From assembly GCA_011884725.1 (NCBI GenBank), contig GCA_011884725.1_3919.1: a DNA stretch of 64,000 nucleotides; one strand, given 5' to 3'. Made by a program: the position numbers and the translations under genes. Shown here piece by piece: positions 28,780-37,694 of the stretch (position 1 is the stretch's first letter; every line of letters begins with the position of its first letter). The notes under the pieces were generated by a model. The model was not told the origin of the DNA, made no database searches, and saw only the letters and a list, made by a program, of their open reading frames with translations. The DNA is from a phage.

Positions 28780-29043
28780 ATGGAACACGTAGAACTGACC
28801 ACACTCTTACAAATCGCAACCGACAAGGAAGACGTAGCATTATTTCACCGTATAGAGAGTGATTTGTTCAATGGTGAAATCATCAAAGAATCTTACGAAG
28901 TTGTCGGATTCAAAGATGGTAAAGCATTTGGCTTTTTTGACCTCGACAAAAGCAAAGCGGTTACAAAGTACGATGTTCTATCTTGTGAGATTCTTACAAA
29001 ATACAACGAAAAAAGGCTTGCAACCTACGCCAACATGCAGTAA
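28780..29043 (+). CDS. hypothetical small protein (array gene 12)
   Basis: ORF track; type-A cassette upstream. Confidence 0.55.
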   Translation: MEHVELTTLLQIATDKEDVALFHRIESDLFNGEIIKESYEVVGFKDGKAFGFFDLDKSKAVTKYDVLSCEILTKYNEKRLATYANMQ

Positions 29044-29109
29044 ATTACTAATCAACGGGGAGGGATGACCTCCCTACTAAACAAAGTCCTAAACTGGAGA
29101 ATCTAAATT

Positions 29110-29358
29110 ATGTCAACTATCCGCGTAACTGTTAATGCTTATGGCTGCCACCAACTTGATGCAAAATTCGATATCGGTGGAACAGATAACACCTTTGACC
29201 TTATCAAAATGCTGATTCAGCAGGTGATACCAGATTATAACCCTACTGATGACTTCTGGAAAGATGCCGTAAAAGAAGCCATAAACGAGGAATCTCACTA
29301 CCATTATTGGGGTGACTTGATTATCTCTCTGTACTACAGCAAACAAGGTTACAACTAA
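29110..29358 (+). CDS. hypothetical small protein (array gene 13)
   Basis: ORF track; degenerate type-A cassette upstream; followed by terminators 29369-29422. Confidence 0.5.
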   Translation: MSTIRVTVNAYGCHQLDAKFDIGGTDNTFDLIKMLIQQVIPDYNPTDDFWKDAVKEAINEESHYHYWGDLIISLYYSKQGYN

Positions 29359-29368
29359 TCGACGCAGC

Positions 29369-29422
29369 GGGGCTAAATAGCCCCAGATACCTGAAAAGCT
29401 CCTTCTCATAGGGGCTTTTTTA
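29369..29422 (+). terminator. tandem terminator hairpins (GGGGCT-AAAT-AGCCCC; AGCTCC...GGGGCT + TTTTTT) ending the rightward small-gene array
   Basis: Direct read. Confidence 0.55.
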
Positions 29423-30992
29423 CGTCTATAAAGAGACTCTATACAGTCCCTTTCCTTTCCTTCCTAGAATCTATCCCACTAATTCGATAGAGACTATCTC
29501 ATACCTTAAAAAGCAATAACTCTATAGTCTACTCTATAACCTCTTATCAAATCAACTTAAATATAAGCCCATAACCCGAAAGGGAAGGGCAACCACTAAA
29601 ACGCTCTATAAAGCTCTATAACAGCCTTATCAATCTAACTTAAGCAATCATATTAACCTACTCTAAAAAGCCCTTTATAGAGCTTCCCAGAGCCTTAAAA
29701 GAATCTTATAAGGGTGTAAGCTTTATTATCTCGTTAGCTATCTTGTGAACTACTAAAAAGGGCTTGTTAGTGTCTTAAAAGTATGTTATAGGGGCTATAA
29801 AGTTACTTCAAAGTTACGTAAAAGGGGCTATAAAGTTACGTAAATGCTAGCCCCCTTAACATTTTCTTAACAATTTCTTAACAATCCCTACATAGTTATG
29901 CTTTTAAGGCACTTGTTAGAGACTTGTTAGCCCCTTGTTAAATCTCTGTTAAGACCACGTAAAAGCCTTGTAAGAGTCTTTAGCATAGCCTTTAAAGCCT
30001 CTGTAAAGCCCTATAAAGAGGTGTCTGTATAGTTGGGGTGTAATTACTAGGAAGAGACTTAAAAGAGCTTACAAGGAGCTATAGAGAGCTTTTAAGAGGG
30101 CTATTTAGAGAATCACTAAGAGGGAAAGGGAACGATAAGAAAAGAGATAGTGACCATGTTAATAGCTTGTTAAAAAGATTAAACACTTGTTAGGAACTTG
30201 TTAATTATCCCTACAAAATAACTCTTTAAAATTAACTTGTTAGCTCTTGTTAGTCATCTGTTAAGATTCTGTAAAGCCTATGTATCAACTGTTAAGAAAC
30301 TGTTACACCCTTGTTAGTTCTGTTAAGAATCTGTTAAGACCTCTGAAGAGATGTTAAGAAGATGTGAGAACTGTTAAGGAATTGTTAATGATATTTTAAA
30401 ATTTTGCAAAGTACTTGTAAGGGAGTTGTTAAGGGCTACCAAGCAGATATACATCTTCTACAGATATTTTTCAGTCCCTTCAAAGACCCTAAAAAATGAC
30501 TTGATAGTCCTATTTTATAAAAATTTTAAAATTCTGAATAATTACCTATACAGTCTTTTAAAAATACAGGTAATAACAGGCTTATAAGATACCTTGTTAG
30601 TACCGTGTTAGACCTTGTGAGATAAGGTCTGTAAAGATATTCCTGTTAAGTTTGTTAAAACAGTCTATATAGAGGCTTAGTATTTCCTAGTGAACACCTA
30701 TAGAGGGTAACATAGCTAACCTAGAGATTAAGAGGTGTATAGGAGCTTCTAAGAGGGTGTAGAGAGATGGTTAAGGTGATTGTATAGGTTGTTAAGAAGG
30801 CTTGTTAGAAGAGTGTTTAGAAGGGCTATACAGAGGGGCTATTAAGACCACTAGATAGATACTAAGATACTATATAGTACTATATAACTATATAGAGAGT
30901 AAGATTAAGAAGGTTGTTAAGAAGGGTAGATATTTTATTCACATATGATGGTGACCCAGCGGTTGGGACAACCGATAAATTTTATAAAAATT
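29423..30992. repeat. ORF-free region densely packed with short degenerate repeats (CTATA(A/G)AG family in the left part; (C/T)TGTTA(A/G)G family in the right part)
   Basis: No ORF of 60 aa or more on any frame; about 30 copies of TTGTTAG/CTGTTAAG-like octamers and about 12 CTATAAAG-like copies counted by eye; bounded by convergent terminators. Confidence 0.75.
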
Positions 30993-31022
30993 AAAAAGCC
31001 CCCGATTAAGGAGGCTCTTAAG
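30993..31022 (-). terminator. minus-strand terminator-like hairpin GAGCCTCC-TTAATC-GGGGGCTT + TTTTT
   Basis: Reverse complement read; downstream of the last leftward gene. Confidence 0.45.
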
Positions 31023-31027
31023 ATATT

Positions 31028-31576
31028 TTAAATCAGTGTTTCCAGAACTGTTTTCAATGATGACTTGGTTGTCTGATAAAAATGAGTAAATCCATTGTTA
31101 TTATCGAATACCTGCATCATGATATCATCTCCCTTGATTGGGTACACTCGGATATCATAGTGAAAACCATTAAAGACACAAGAACCACTACAGAATGCTC
31201 TAAAGTCATCTACTGAGATATACTCTTCATGACCTGTGATTTTTATACAAACGCCTTTACTCGGTCTCTTAGGGTTGATATCTTCCATCACAGACATACT
31301 CTGTCCACCAAGAGATACCATAGTGACCACTTTACGGTTCTTCTGTTTAAAGTACATCTTAACTTTCTGCAAAGTGTCTTCATAGAATGGATAAGACCTT
31401 TCTACAAAGATTCCTTCAAGTGGCTCTTTACCATTTTCAACTTCTCGGTTATGCCGTACTGCAAAGATAATTTGTTCGAACCAGTCAAGATTTTCTTCGG
31501 AGAGTGCTTCCCGAACATCCTTCCAGTCAAGTACTAAGTAGTTACCTTCAACTTCTTTTAAGTTATCTTTTTCCAT
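31028..31576 (-). CDS. hypothetical protein
   Basis: ORF track frame; start set to internal ATG 31576 (GGTG 8 nt upstream), which avoids a 62 bp overlap; track start 31651 is also possible. Confidence 0.4.
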   Translation of the reverse strand: MEKDNLKEVEGNYLVLDWKDVREALSEENLDWFEQIIFAVRHNREVENGKEPLEGIFVERSYPFYEDTLQKVKMYFKQKNRKVVTMVSLGGQSMSVMEDINPKRPSKGVCIKITGHEEYISVDDFRAFCSGSCVFNGFHYDIRVYPIKGDDIMMQVFDNNNGFTHFYQTTKSSLKTVLETLI

Positions 31577-31589
31577 ATCTATCACACCA

Positions 31590-32054
31590 TTATCGTAAAA
31601 CTTGATATTCTGGTACTGCGAATTTATTACTATTGTTCTTGATGAGGTCATCCTCTGAAACTAAAAATGTAATCCCACATAAGTGTCTGTAACGACTATC
31701 ATACTCGAATATCTTAAACAGATATTTACCATCATGATAAACCTGTTGCACTTCACCTTCTGCAACAGTCTCGCCTGTAATAAAATTTTTTAGTTTATAC
31801 ACATTACCAACTTTAGGTACTGTTTTCATCTCAGGCTCTTTTAGTGCTACACCTATTTTTGCATCACCGAGTAAATGAGAACTCTCAAAAGCTACGTGTT
31901 TCATATAAGCTTCTGAGCATTCCCAAATAAAACAATGTACAAGAACCTTAGCAGCATGTCTTGAGCAGTTCAACTTATCACAAATTTCTGTGTACATCTC
32001 ATCTTTAGTAGAATTGTCAAGCATTGCTCTTTGCACTACTTCTTTAATTTTCAT
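31590..32054 (-). CDS. hypothetical protein
   Basis: ORF track. Confidence 0.45.
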   Translation of the reverse strand: MKIKEVVQRAMLDNSTKDEMYTEICDKLNCSRHAAKVLVHCFIWECSEAYMKHVAFESSHLLGDAKIGVALKEPEMKTVPKVGNVYKLKNFITGETVAEGEVQQVYHDGKYLFKIFEYDSRYRHLCGITFLVSEDDLIKNNSNKFAVPEYQVLR

Positions 32055-32472
32055 AAGCTCTCCGAATAACCCTATTAAGCATCTCTAAAGTCAGCTTTCC
32101 AGACTCTAAATGTGGCATAACAAGCTTTAAAGCTTTTTCAACATCATGCACAACATCTATTATACCTTCTTCATAGGCTTCTACAAGGATATCTTTTACG
32201 TTTTGTTGGTTATCTTTTTGTGGTATTGCTAGACGCATATCAAACTCATTTGCTTGAGGGTGGTCACTACCATGCCAGTAACCATCTTTGTTAAAGCTGA
32301 TGTAGTCACCGTGGTAAAAGTGTACACCATTAGCTTTAAACTTCTCCAGCACAAGGCATTGAATTGGGTATTCAGTATTCCACTCCCTGACTCCTATAAC
32401 CTTCACTGTTGCGATGTACTCCTGTGTTTTTGCATCTACGATGTCAAGTTCTTGACCAGCTATGATTTGCAT
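32044..32472 (-). CDS. hypothetical protein
   Basis: ORF track. Confidence 0.45.
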   Translation of the reverse strand: MQIIAGQELDIVDAKTQEYIATVKVIGVREWNTEYPIQCLVLEKFKANGVHFYHGDYISFNKDGYWHGSDHPQANEFDMRLAIPQKDNQQNVKDILVEAYEEGIIDVVHDVEKALKLVMPHLESGKLTLEMLNRVIRRAYEN

Positions 32473-32526
32473 ATTCTCTACCTTCTAAGTTTCTACAAAG
32501 GGGCTATCAAGTAACCCCTCAAGTTA

Positions 32527-32751
32527 TTACTCAGACTTTTCAGTCTTCTTGTCGGATTTCTTACTAGTCTTCTTCTCAGCTTTCTGTTCAGGCTCCTTCT
32601 CAGAAGTTGCCTTAATAACCATATCAAGAAGCTCTGATAAGTCACTCTTCAGTAAAGTAACAGGCTGCTCATTGTAGAAGTTTTTGTCAAGATAGACTTT
32701 GAACTCTTCAATAGATGGAAATCCAAAAATTGGTACAGGTGTCTTAGTCAT
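32527..32751 (-). CDS. hypothetical small protein with Lys-rich C-terminus
   Basis: ORF track. Confidence 0.4.
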   Translation of the reverse strand: MTKTPVPIFGFPSIEEFKVYLDKNFYNEQPVTLLKSDLSELLDMVIKATSEKEPEQKAEKKTSKKSDKKTEKSE

Positions 32752-32827
32752 TACTTAGTTTCTCCATAAGCATCTTTCAAGATTGCCTTGTTAATCATTT
32801 CAGCGATTGCAAAACGAACACATACAG

Positions 32828-33331
32828 CTATAATTGTAGGTTGCATTCTTTACTTACCTCTTCAAGTTTAACCTCAGAGTCCTTAAGTCGTTTCTTATGA
32901 ACTCTGAATCTCATTAGTGAGATGATGATACCAACTAAAGGGACAGCATACAAGTACCAAACATCATATACCTTTGCAGTAATCTGTGTAATTGTCAAAT
33001 CTTGAGCTATGCAGCTAATTGCTGATACTGCCAGTAGCATTGCTAAGAAGAACGCCAGTACCATAACAATACTTAGGCATCCTCTAGCATGGTGTTCATG
33101 CTTAATGCACTTATTCTTTTCGTCAACAACCCTGTTGTAGTCATTTGTAAAGTCTCTGTAGAAAGCTTTCAAGTATTCTTGAGTGTAGCCTTCAAAGCAA
33201 CCTGTACCATACCAATAATCACCACCGAAATGTGCTATGATACCAGTATCTCCATTTGGTTTGGTTACTTTCAAAGAAGTATGATGGCGAGTGTCCTGAT
33301 AATCTATCTTATATCTTTCTTCGTAAATCAT
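32828..33331 (-). CDS. hypothetical membrane protein
   Basis: ORF track; internal hydrophobic stretch LSIVMVLAFFLAMLLAVSAISCIA. Confidence 0.45.
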   Translation of the reverse strand: MIYEERYKIDYQDTRHHTSLKVTKPNGDTGIIAHFGGDYWYGTGCFEGYTQEYLKAFYRDFTNDYNRVVDEKNKCIKHEHHARGCLSIVMVLAFFLAMLLAVSAISCIAQDLTITQITAKVYDVWYLYAVPLVGIIISLMRFRVHKKRLKDSEVKLEEVSKECNLQL

Positions 33332-33546
33332 TTTTCAATCCCTCTCAATCGTTTGTTCCACTCAAGGTCAACAAGTCTTTGCAGGACTTTCCCTCTAGGT
33401 GTTACACCTTTTAAATCTGCATTGTAACAATGGTAAAAATCACCTTCAGTATGTCTACCATAGCATTTTCTGATGTTCTGACTTCTACGATACTGCTCTA
33501 ATAGGGACAGTTTGTAGTAATCTTCAACTGTAGTTAGTTTTTTCAT
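33328..33546 (-). CDS. hypothetical protein
   Basis: ORF track; 4 bp overlap with downstream gene. Confidence 0.4.
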   Translation of the reverse strand: MKKLTTVEDYYKLSLLEQYRRSQNIRKCYGRHTEGDFYHCYNADLKGVTPRGKVLQRLVDLEWNKRLRGIEK

Positions 33547-33629
33547 TCTTTCACCACGTATCTTCTCAAGAAACTAAAAAGGGAACTACCTCTCGATAGC
33601 TCCCATCATAGTTAATGTTGTATATTCGG

Positions 33630-34211
33630 TCAAGAGTATTTTTTAGGCAGTAATGCACTGCGCTTATTGCTCTCTTCACTCAATAGTGCGATAAATTCAT
33701 CACCTTTACCCTTCCACGGGCTGAATGTCGGAATGTGCTCTCTGATAGCATCAATCACTGTTTTAAGGGCGTTGTTCTTTAACCACCAATCAGATACCGC
33801 TGAAGCTACAATGTAGTAAGCACCGTCATCTGTGAAGATTGGCTCAGAGATACATGGCGAAATCATAGTGGTAATGATAGAACCATTATTCATGTAGTAT
33901 GTTCTTTTTTCAACCTTATCAAGAAGCTTATGAAGGTCTGCAAAGAGACTCACCACCTCTTTATGGTCAATATCTTTTTCAAGATTTGCTCTATATTTCA
34001 ATAGTGCAGCATCGACCTCTTTGTCATTGAATTTGAAGTATTGAACTTCTTCATTCACACATACACTGATGTTGTTGGTGTTTATCGTCAATTTGCACAG
34101 TTTGACTGGAGAGTTAATGTTGGTCTGAAAAAGTGCTACACAGCCTTCTACATTCCCGAAATGTTTGACTAATGTAACTTCTGGTTGGATGTGCTCATGT
34201 TCTTCTGACAT
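33630..34211 (-). CDS. hypothetical protein
   Basis: ORF track. Confidence 0.45.
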   Translation of the reverse strand: MSEEHEHIQPEVTLVKHFGNVEGCVALFQTNINSPVKLCKLTINTNNISVCVNEEVQYFKFNDKEVDAALLKYRANLEKDIDHKEVVSLFADLHKLLDKVEKRTYYMNNGSIITTMISPCISEPIFTDDGAYYIVASAVSDWWLKNNALKTVIDAIREHIPTFSPWKGKGDEFIALLSEESNKRSALLPKKYS

Positions 34212-34555
34212 TATAGTTTCCTCATTAAATACTTTTTAAGTTGTGTGTTAGGTTTCTCAAAAACTTCTATAGAAGATATTTTGACAGATTCACCACGCAT
34301 ACCAGTATGTTTGAATATATAGTACTCTAACATCCCTATGTACTTTGCTGGTAAGTCATGCTTGACATACACCGTTACAGAATCTTCAAATTCAACGACC
34401 TTTGTACCATCTTTGTAGTTAAACTCTTTAGGATGGTCGTAGTTATCGATATCGTACATTAAAAAGAGTCTTTTACGTTGTAAGTCAAGCTTATTTGTTA
34501 AAGACTCTTTGATATCTGAGAAGTTTTTGTACACTGTGACATGGAGCTTACTCAT
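34211..34555 (-). CDS. hypothetical protein
   Basis: ORF track; 1 bp overlap with neighbour. Confidence 0.45.
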   Translation of the reverse strand: MSKLHVTVYKNFSDIKESLTNKLDLQRKRLFLMYDIDNYDHPKEFNYKDGTKVVEFEDSVTVYVKHDLPAKYIGMLEYYIFKHTGMRGESVKISSIEVFEKPNTQLKKYLMRKL

Positions 34556-34841
34556 CGTTAAACTCTCTGACGAAGAAATAGTTGACTTTGTTATTACCTA
34601 CCATAAGGTCAAAGCAGGTATTTTCAAAAGGTTTGTTGTAGGCATCATATGAAACATATGGGTCAGCTACTTGCTTAGTGCTTAACTTCTTACTTGATGG
34701 GTTTAAGAGGCCACCATACAGCTTCTTGATAGCCTCTTCTACAACAGACCAGATAATTTCGTCAGTAATTTCTTCGTACAGGTCAAGTTCACGCTCTAGT
34801 GAGAAGTCACAAATAGGGAAAATAACCTGTACTTTACTCAT
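34548..34841 (-). CDS. hypothetical protein
   Basis: ORF track. Confidence 0.45.
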   Translation of the reverse strand: MSKVQVIFPICDFSLERELDLYEEITDEIIWSVVEEAIKKLYGGLLNPSSKKLSTKQVADPYVSYDAYNKPFENTCFDLMVGNNKVNYFFVREFNDE

Positions 34842-35239
34842 TAACGAATCACCTGTGAGACTTGAATTGCTTCAGTTACTGACAAGTCACCTACTTTCTC
34901 TTCTTTGATAAAGGTGAAGGTAAGTTCAACAGGCTCTCGCTCTTCTTGCTCAACTGGAACACCATTAAGCTCATCAAAGATTGATTGGGTTGTCCAATCT
35001 TCACCACCATCTGGGTAGTGGATTGCGTAAAGAGGGAACTCCCTGTCAAACCAACCAAATACAGGACAACCATCTTCATCATCTCGTACTCGATGAAGTG
35101 TGCTTCCAGACCCTGTAAACTGAAGGAATAAATCTCCGTTGCACTTGTATATTACTGCATCGGCAAAACCTATATCTTCTCGACCATCATAGCCAAACGT
35201 GTCAACTTTTACTTGGATATCTCTAACATCTTTATTCAT
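34841..35239 (-). CDS. hypothetical protein
   Basis: ORF track. Confidence 0.45.
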   Translation of the reverse strand: MNKDVRDIQVKVDTFGYDGREDIGFADAVIYKCNGDLFLQFTGSGSTLHRVRDDEDGCPVFGWFDREFPLYAIHYPDGGEDWTTQSIFDELNGVPVEQEEREPVELTFTFIKEEKVGDLSVTEAIQVSQVIR

Positions 35240-35630
35240 AAAAACCTCTCTCTGCTTGTTCGATTTTTGCTCTTAAAGTTTCGCAATGATGTAGATGGTA
35301 GTTAGCTTCTTGTTCATGTGTTGCTAACTGCCTTTCAAGAACAGTTTTATAGTAACCTGCAAGTTGCTCTTTTGTCAATGGGTGCTCTGAAATAATATCA
35401 AGTCCACTTTCACCAAGAGGATTGAATTGTCCATGCTCATTGACATTGTAAGTCTCAAACTTGAACATACCATTGTTCACAGACTCAATAGGTGACAGTT
35501 CAACAAGCTCTACAGTAAACCGTGTATACACCTTGTCGCCTCTTGAAACTACATTGTTTCCAATGATGCGTACAAGCGAACCATTACGAGTGTATTTAAA
35601 AGTCCCAAAATCACTAGCCCAAAGCTTCAT
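35232..35630 (-). CDS. hypothetical protein
   Basis: ORF track. Confidence 0.45.
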   Translation of the reverse strand: MKLWASDFGTFKYTRNGSLVRIIGNNVVSRGDKVYTRFTVELVELSPIESVNNGMFKFETYNVNEHGQFNPLGESGLDIISEHPLTKEQLAGYYKTVLERQLATHEQEANYHLHHCETLRAKIEQAERGFYE

Positions 35631-35649
35631 AGTTTTCTCCTTAGAAAAT

Positions 35650-35671
35650 AAAAAAGGCTCCCGAAGGAGCC
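35650..35671 (-). terminator. minus-strand rho-independent terminator GGCTCC-TTCG-GGAGCC + U-run (plus strand shows AAAAAA-GGCTCCCGAAGGAGCC)
   Basis: Direct read just downstream of the lysozyme gene on the minus strand. Confidence 0.65.
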
Positions 35672-35681
35672 TATGAAGATA

Positions 35682-36146
35682 TTACTTTGGATATACACTG
35701 TCAAGATAAATGTCAGCTTCCATTCTACGTCTATTTTTCAAGCCGTTTGAAGTTACCTTCTTACCTTTGACTGTAATCTTGTTCCACCACTGCATAGCTT
35801 CTGCACAACCTACCTTATTACCAGCATTGTGGCGCTTGATAAATGTAGAGTCCTGCATAGCTGTGATACCGATGTTATATGTTTCACTTACAAGTGCATC
35901 GAACTCATTCTGAGAAGTTGGAGCCTTGATAGCTTTGTTCACTGCTGCAACAAACTTTTCAACATCTGCGAGAAGATACTGTTCAGCTTGTTCAGCCGTG
36001 ATTTTCATACCCATCTTAACAGGTTTCCCGTCAATACGGATTGTACCATACCCGATTGTTGGGATTCCGGCAGAGTCTTCGTAAGCCTCTAACTCCAGAC
36101 CTTCGAAGAACTTAATAGCGTCTAAACCTTTTCTTGAGAGTTGCAT
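35682..36146 (-). CDS. endolysin, T4 e-type lysozyme (glycoside hydrolase family 24)
   Basis: 154 aa; FEGLELEAYEDSAGIPTIGYGT matches the catalytic Glu/Asp/Thr region of T4 lysozyme; minus-strand terminator immediately downstream. Confidence 0.8.
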   Translation of the reverse strand: MQLSRKGLDAIKFFEGLELEAYEDSAGIPTIGYGTIRIDGKPVKMGMKITAEQAEQYLLADVEKFVAAVNKAIKAPTSQNEFDALVSETYNIGITAMQDSTFIKRHNAGNKVGCAEAMQWWNKITVKGKKVTSNGLKNRRRMEADIYLDSVYPK

Positions 36147-37279
36147 TACGCCTCCCCTGCTGGGTTAACTGTAACTGTTGCTGCATTGGATGTTACAGAG
36201 CCACCTGCACCAGTAACTACACAGGTGTAGCTTCCTGCATCAGCAGCGGTTGCACCTTCTTTGGTGTAAGTTGCAGTAGTTGCATCGAGGATGTCTTCCT
36301 CACCTTTCTTCCATTGGTAACCTGTCGCACCTGTTGCCACAACATTCAGCGTTAAGGTCTCACCTTCAGTGATTTCTTGATTGGTTGGCTGTTGAGTGAT
36401 AACTGGTAAAGCTTTCACAGTAACGGTTGCAGGGTTAGAAGTGACAGAACCACCTGCACCTGTTACAACGCAAGTGTATGAACCTGCATCTGCTGGCAGA
36501 GCACCAGACTTACTATAGGTTGCATCTGTAGCCGAAGGAATGTCAGAGCTATCTTTCTCCCACTGATAACCTGTTGCACCTGTTGCAGTCACTTCCAAGT
36601 TGATGTTTCCACCCTCATTGACGGTCTGGCTAGAAGGTTGTTGTGTAATCACAGGCAGTGCGTTGACAGTAACTGTTGCCGCATCTGAGGTAACGCTTGT
36701 CCCAGCCTCTCCAGATACAACACAAGTGTATGAACCAGCATCAGAAGGTTCTACAGACTGTTTTGTGTAGGTTGCAGATGTGGCGCTAGTGATATCCTCA
36801 CCATCCTTTTTCCATTGATATCCAGTGGCATTAGTTGCAATAACACTTAGGGTAAGTGTACCACCTTCATTTACTGTTTGATTGGTTGGTTGCTGAGTGA
36901 TTGATGGTGGCTTGATAGCGTCCTTCAACTTAGCATTCAACATTGAGAATGGTTTAACTCTTGCCAGCCATTCACAATAAACTGTATCAACGTCTTTACC
37001 ATTGATAATTGCATATTGTAAGTCCATGAAGAAGTCAGAAGTTCTCATTTGAGCACCAACACTGTAAAGCAACTCATCACTAAATGGAACTTTGTAGTCT
37101 GGTTTATAGTCAAACTTCTCAACTTCTGCAATATCAGCTTCAGGCCAATACGAGCTATAGGTAAGTGGTAAAATAGCCTCTTGATATGTTCTAAAATCAT
37201 ATCTCTTACCAGCCTTTACGTTTGCAATGAAGCCCTTCACAAACTCTTTGAAGTCTGGGTAAGTCTTTGCTTTAATCAT
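36146..37279 (-). CDS. Ig-like repeat protein (Hoc-like candidate capsid decoration/adhesin)
   Basis: N-terminal domain paralogous to the adjacent 123 aa ORF, then three tandem Ig-like repeats each ending ...ADAGSYTCVV(T/S)G(A/E)(G/A)G(S/T)VTS(N/D)(A/P)ATVTV. Confidence 0.55.
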   Translation of the reverse strand: MIKAKTYPDFKEFVKGFIANVKAGKRYDFRTYQEAILPLTYSSYWPEADIAEVEKFDYKPDYKVPFSDELLYSVGAQMRTSDFFMDLQYAIINGKDVDTVYCEWLARVKPFSMLNAKLKDAIKPPSITQQPTNQTVNEGGTLTLSVIATNATGYQWKKDGEDITSATSATYTKQSVEPSDAGSYTCVVSGEAGTSVTSDAATVTVNALPVITQQPSSQTVNEGGNINLEVTATGATGYQWEKDSSDIPSATDATYSKSGALPADAGSYTCVVTGAGGSVTSNPATVTVKALPVITQQPTNQEITEGETLTLNVVATGATGYQWKKGEEDILDATTATYTKEGATAADAGSYTCVVTGAGGSVTSNAATVTVNPAGEA

Positions 37280-37647
37280 TTCTTTTCAGCCTCTAAATGT
37301 GCGTTTAGTCTAAAATAACCTTTGTGATTCGGAGATACATCACCAACGACAATACCTTTAACCTTATAGCCTTTACCAATTACATACTGGATATCCATAA
37401 GGAATCTTCCAAGACCAACAATATGGAACATTGGGTATAATAGATTCTCAGAGTCTGGAATATTGATTTCAGGTTTGTAGGTACGCTGTTCGCTTGTTGG
37501 TGTAATATCTTCTTCAGGCCATTTACTGAGTCTCCATGTCAAAGGTGTTGGGATAACATCATTAAGGTTGTACCTTTCACCATTTTGCACGGAATTGATA
37601 TAGGATTGTAGGAAGCAATAAAAGTCTTTTGCACTCTTAGCTTTCAT
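37276..37647 (-). CDS. hypothetical protein, paralog of the N-terminal domain of the Ig-repeat protein
   Basis: Alignable with N-terminus of the 36146-37279 protein (KAK..F..F......V..G.RY...WPE.DI...YKP...LLY...MD.QY). Confidence 0.5.
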   Translation of the reverse strand: MKAKSAKDFYCFLQSYINSVQNGERYNLNDVIPTPLTWRLSKWPEEDITPTSEQRTYKPEINIPDSENLLYPMFHIVGLGRFLMDIQYVIGKGYKVKGIVVGDVSPNHKGYFRLNAHLEAEKK

Positions 37648-37694
37648 TAAATATCCTTATAAATAGTTAAAGGGGCATAAGCCCCTATTCACAC

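Noticed and set aside
29113-29409. 98 aa minus-strand ORF overlapping the last gene of the small-gene array
   Set aside because: Antisense to a gene that has the conserved cassette and Shine-Dalgarno; the region is otherwise transcribed rightward and terminators follow.
29423-30992. Possibility that the repeat-rich region is a CRISPR array
   Set aside because: Repeats are only about 8 bp, degenerate and irregularly spaced, with no 25-40 bp conserved repeat alternating with unique spacers.
31229-31537. 102 aa plus-strand ORF inside the leftward gene block
   Set aside because: Fully embedded antisense within the 31028-31576 minus-strand gene.
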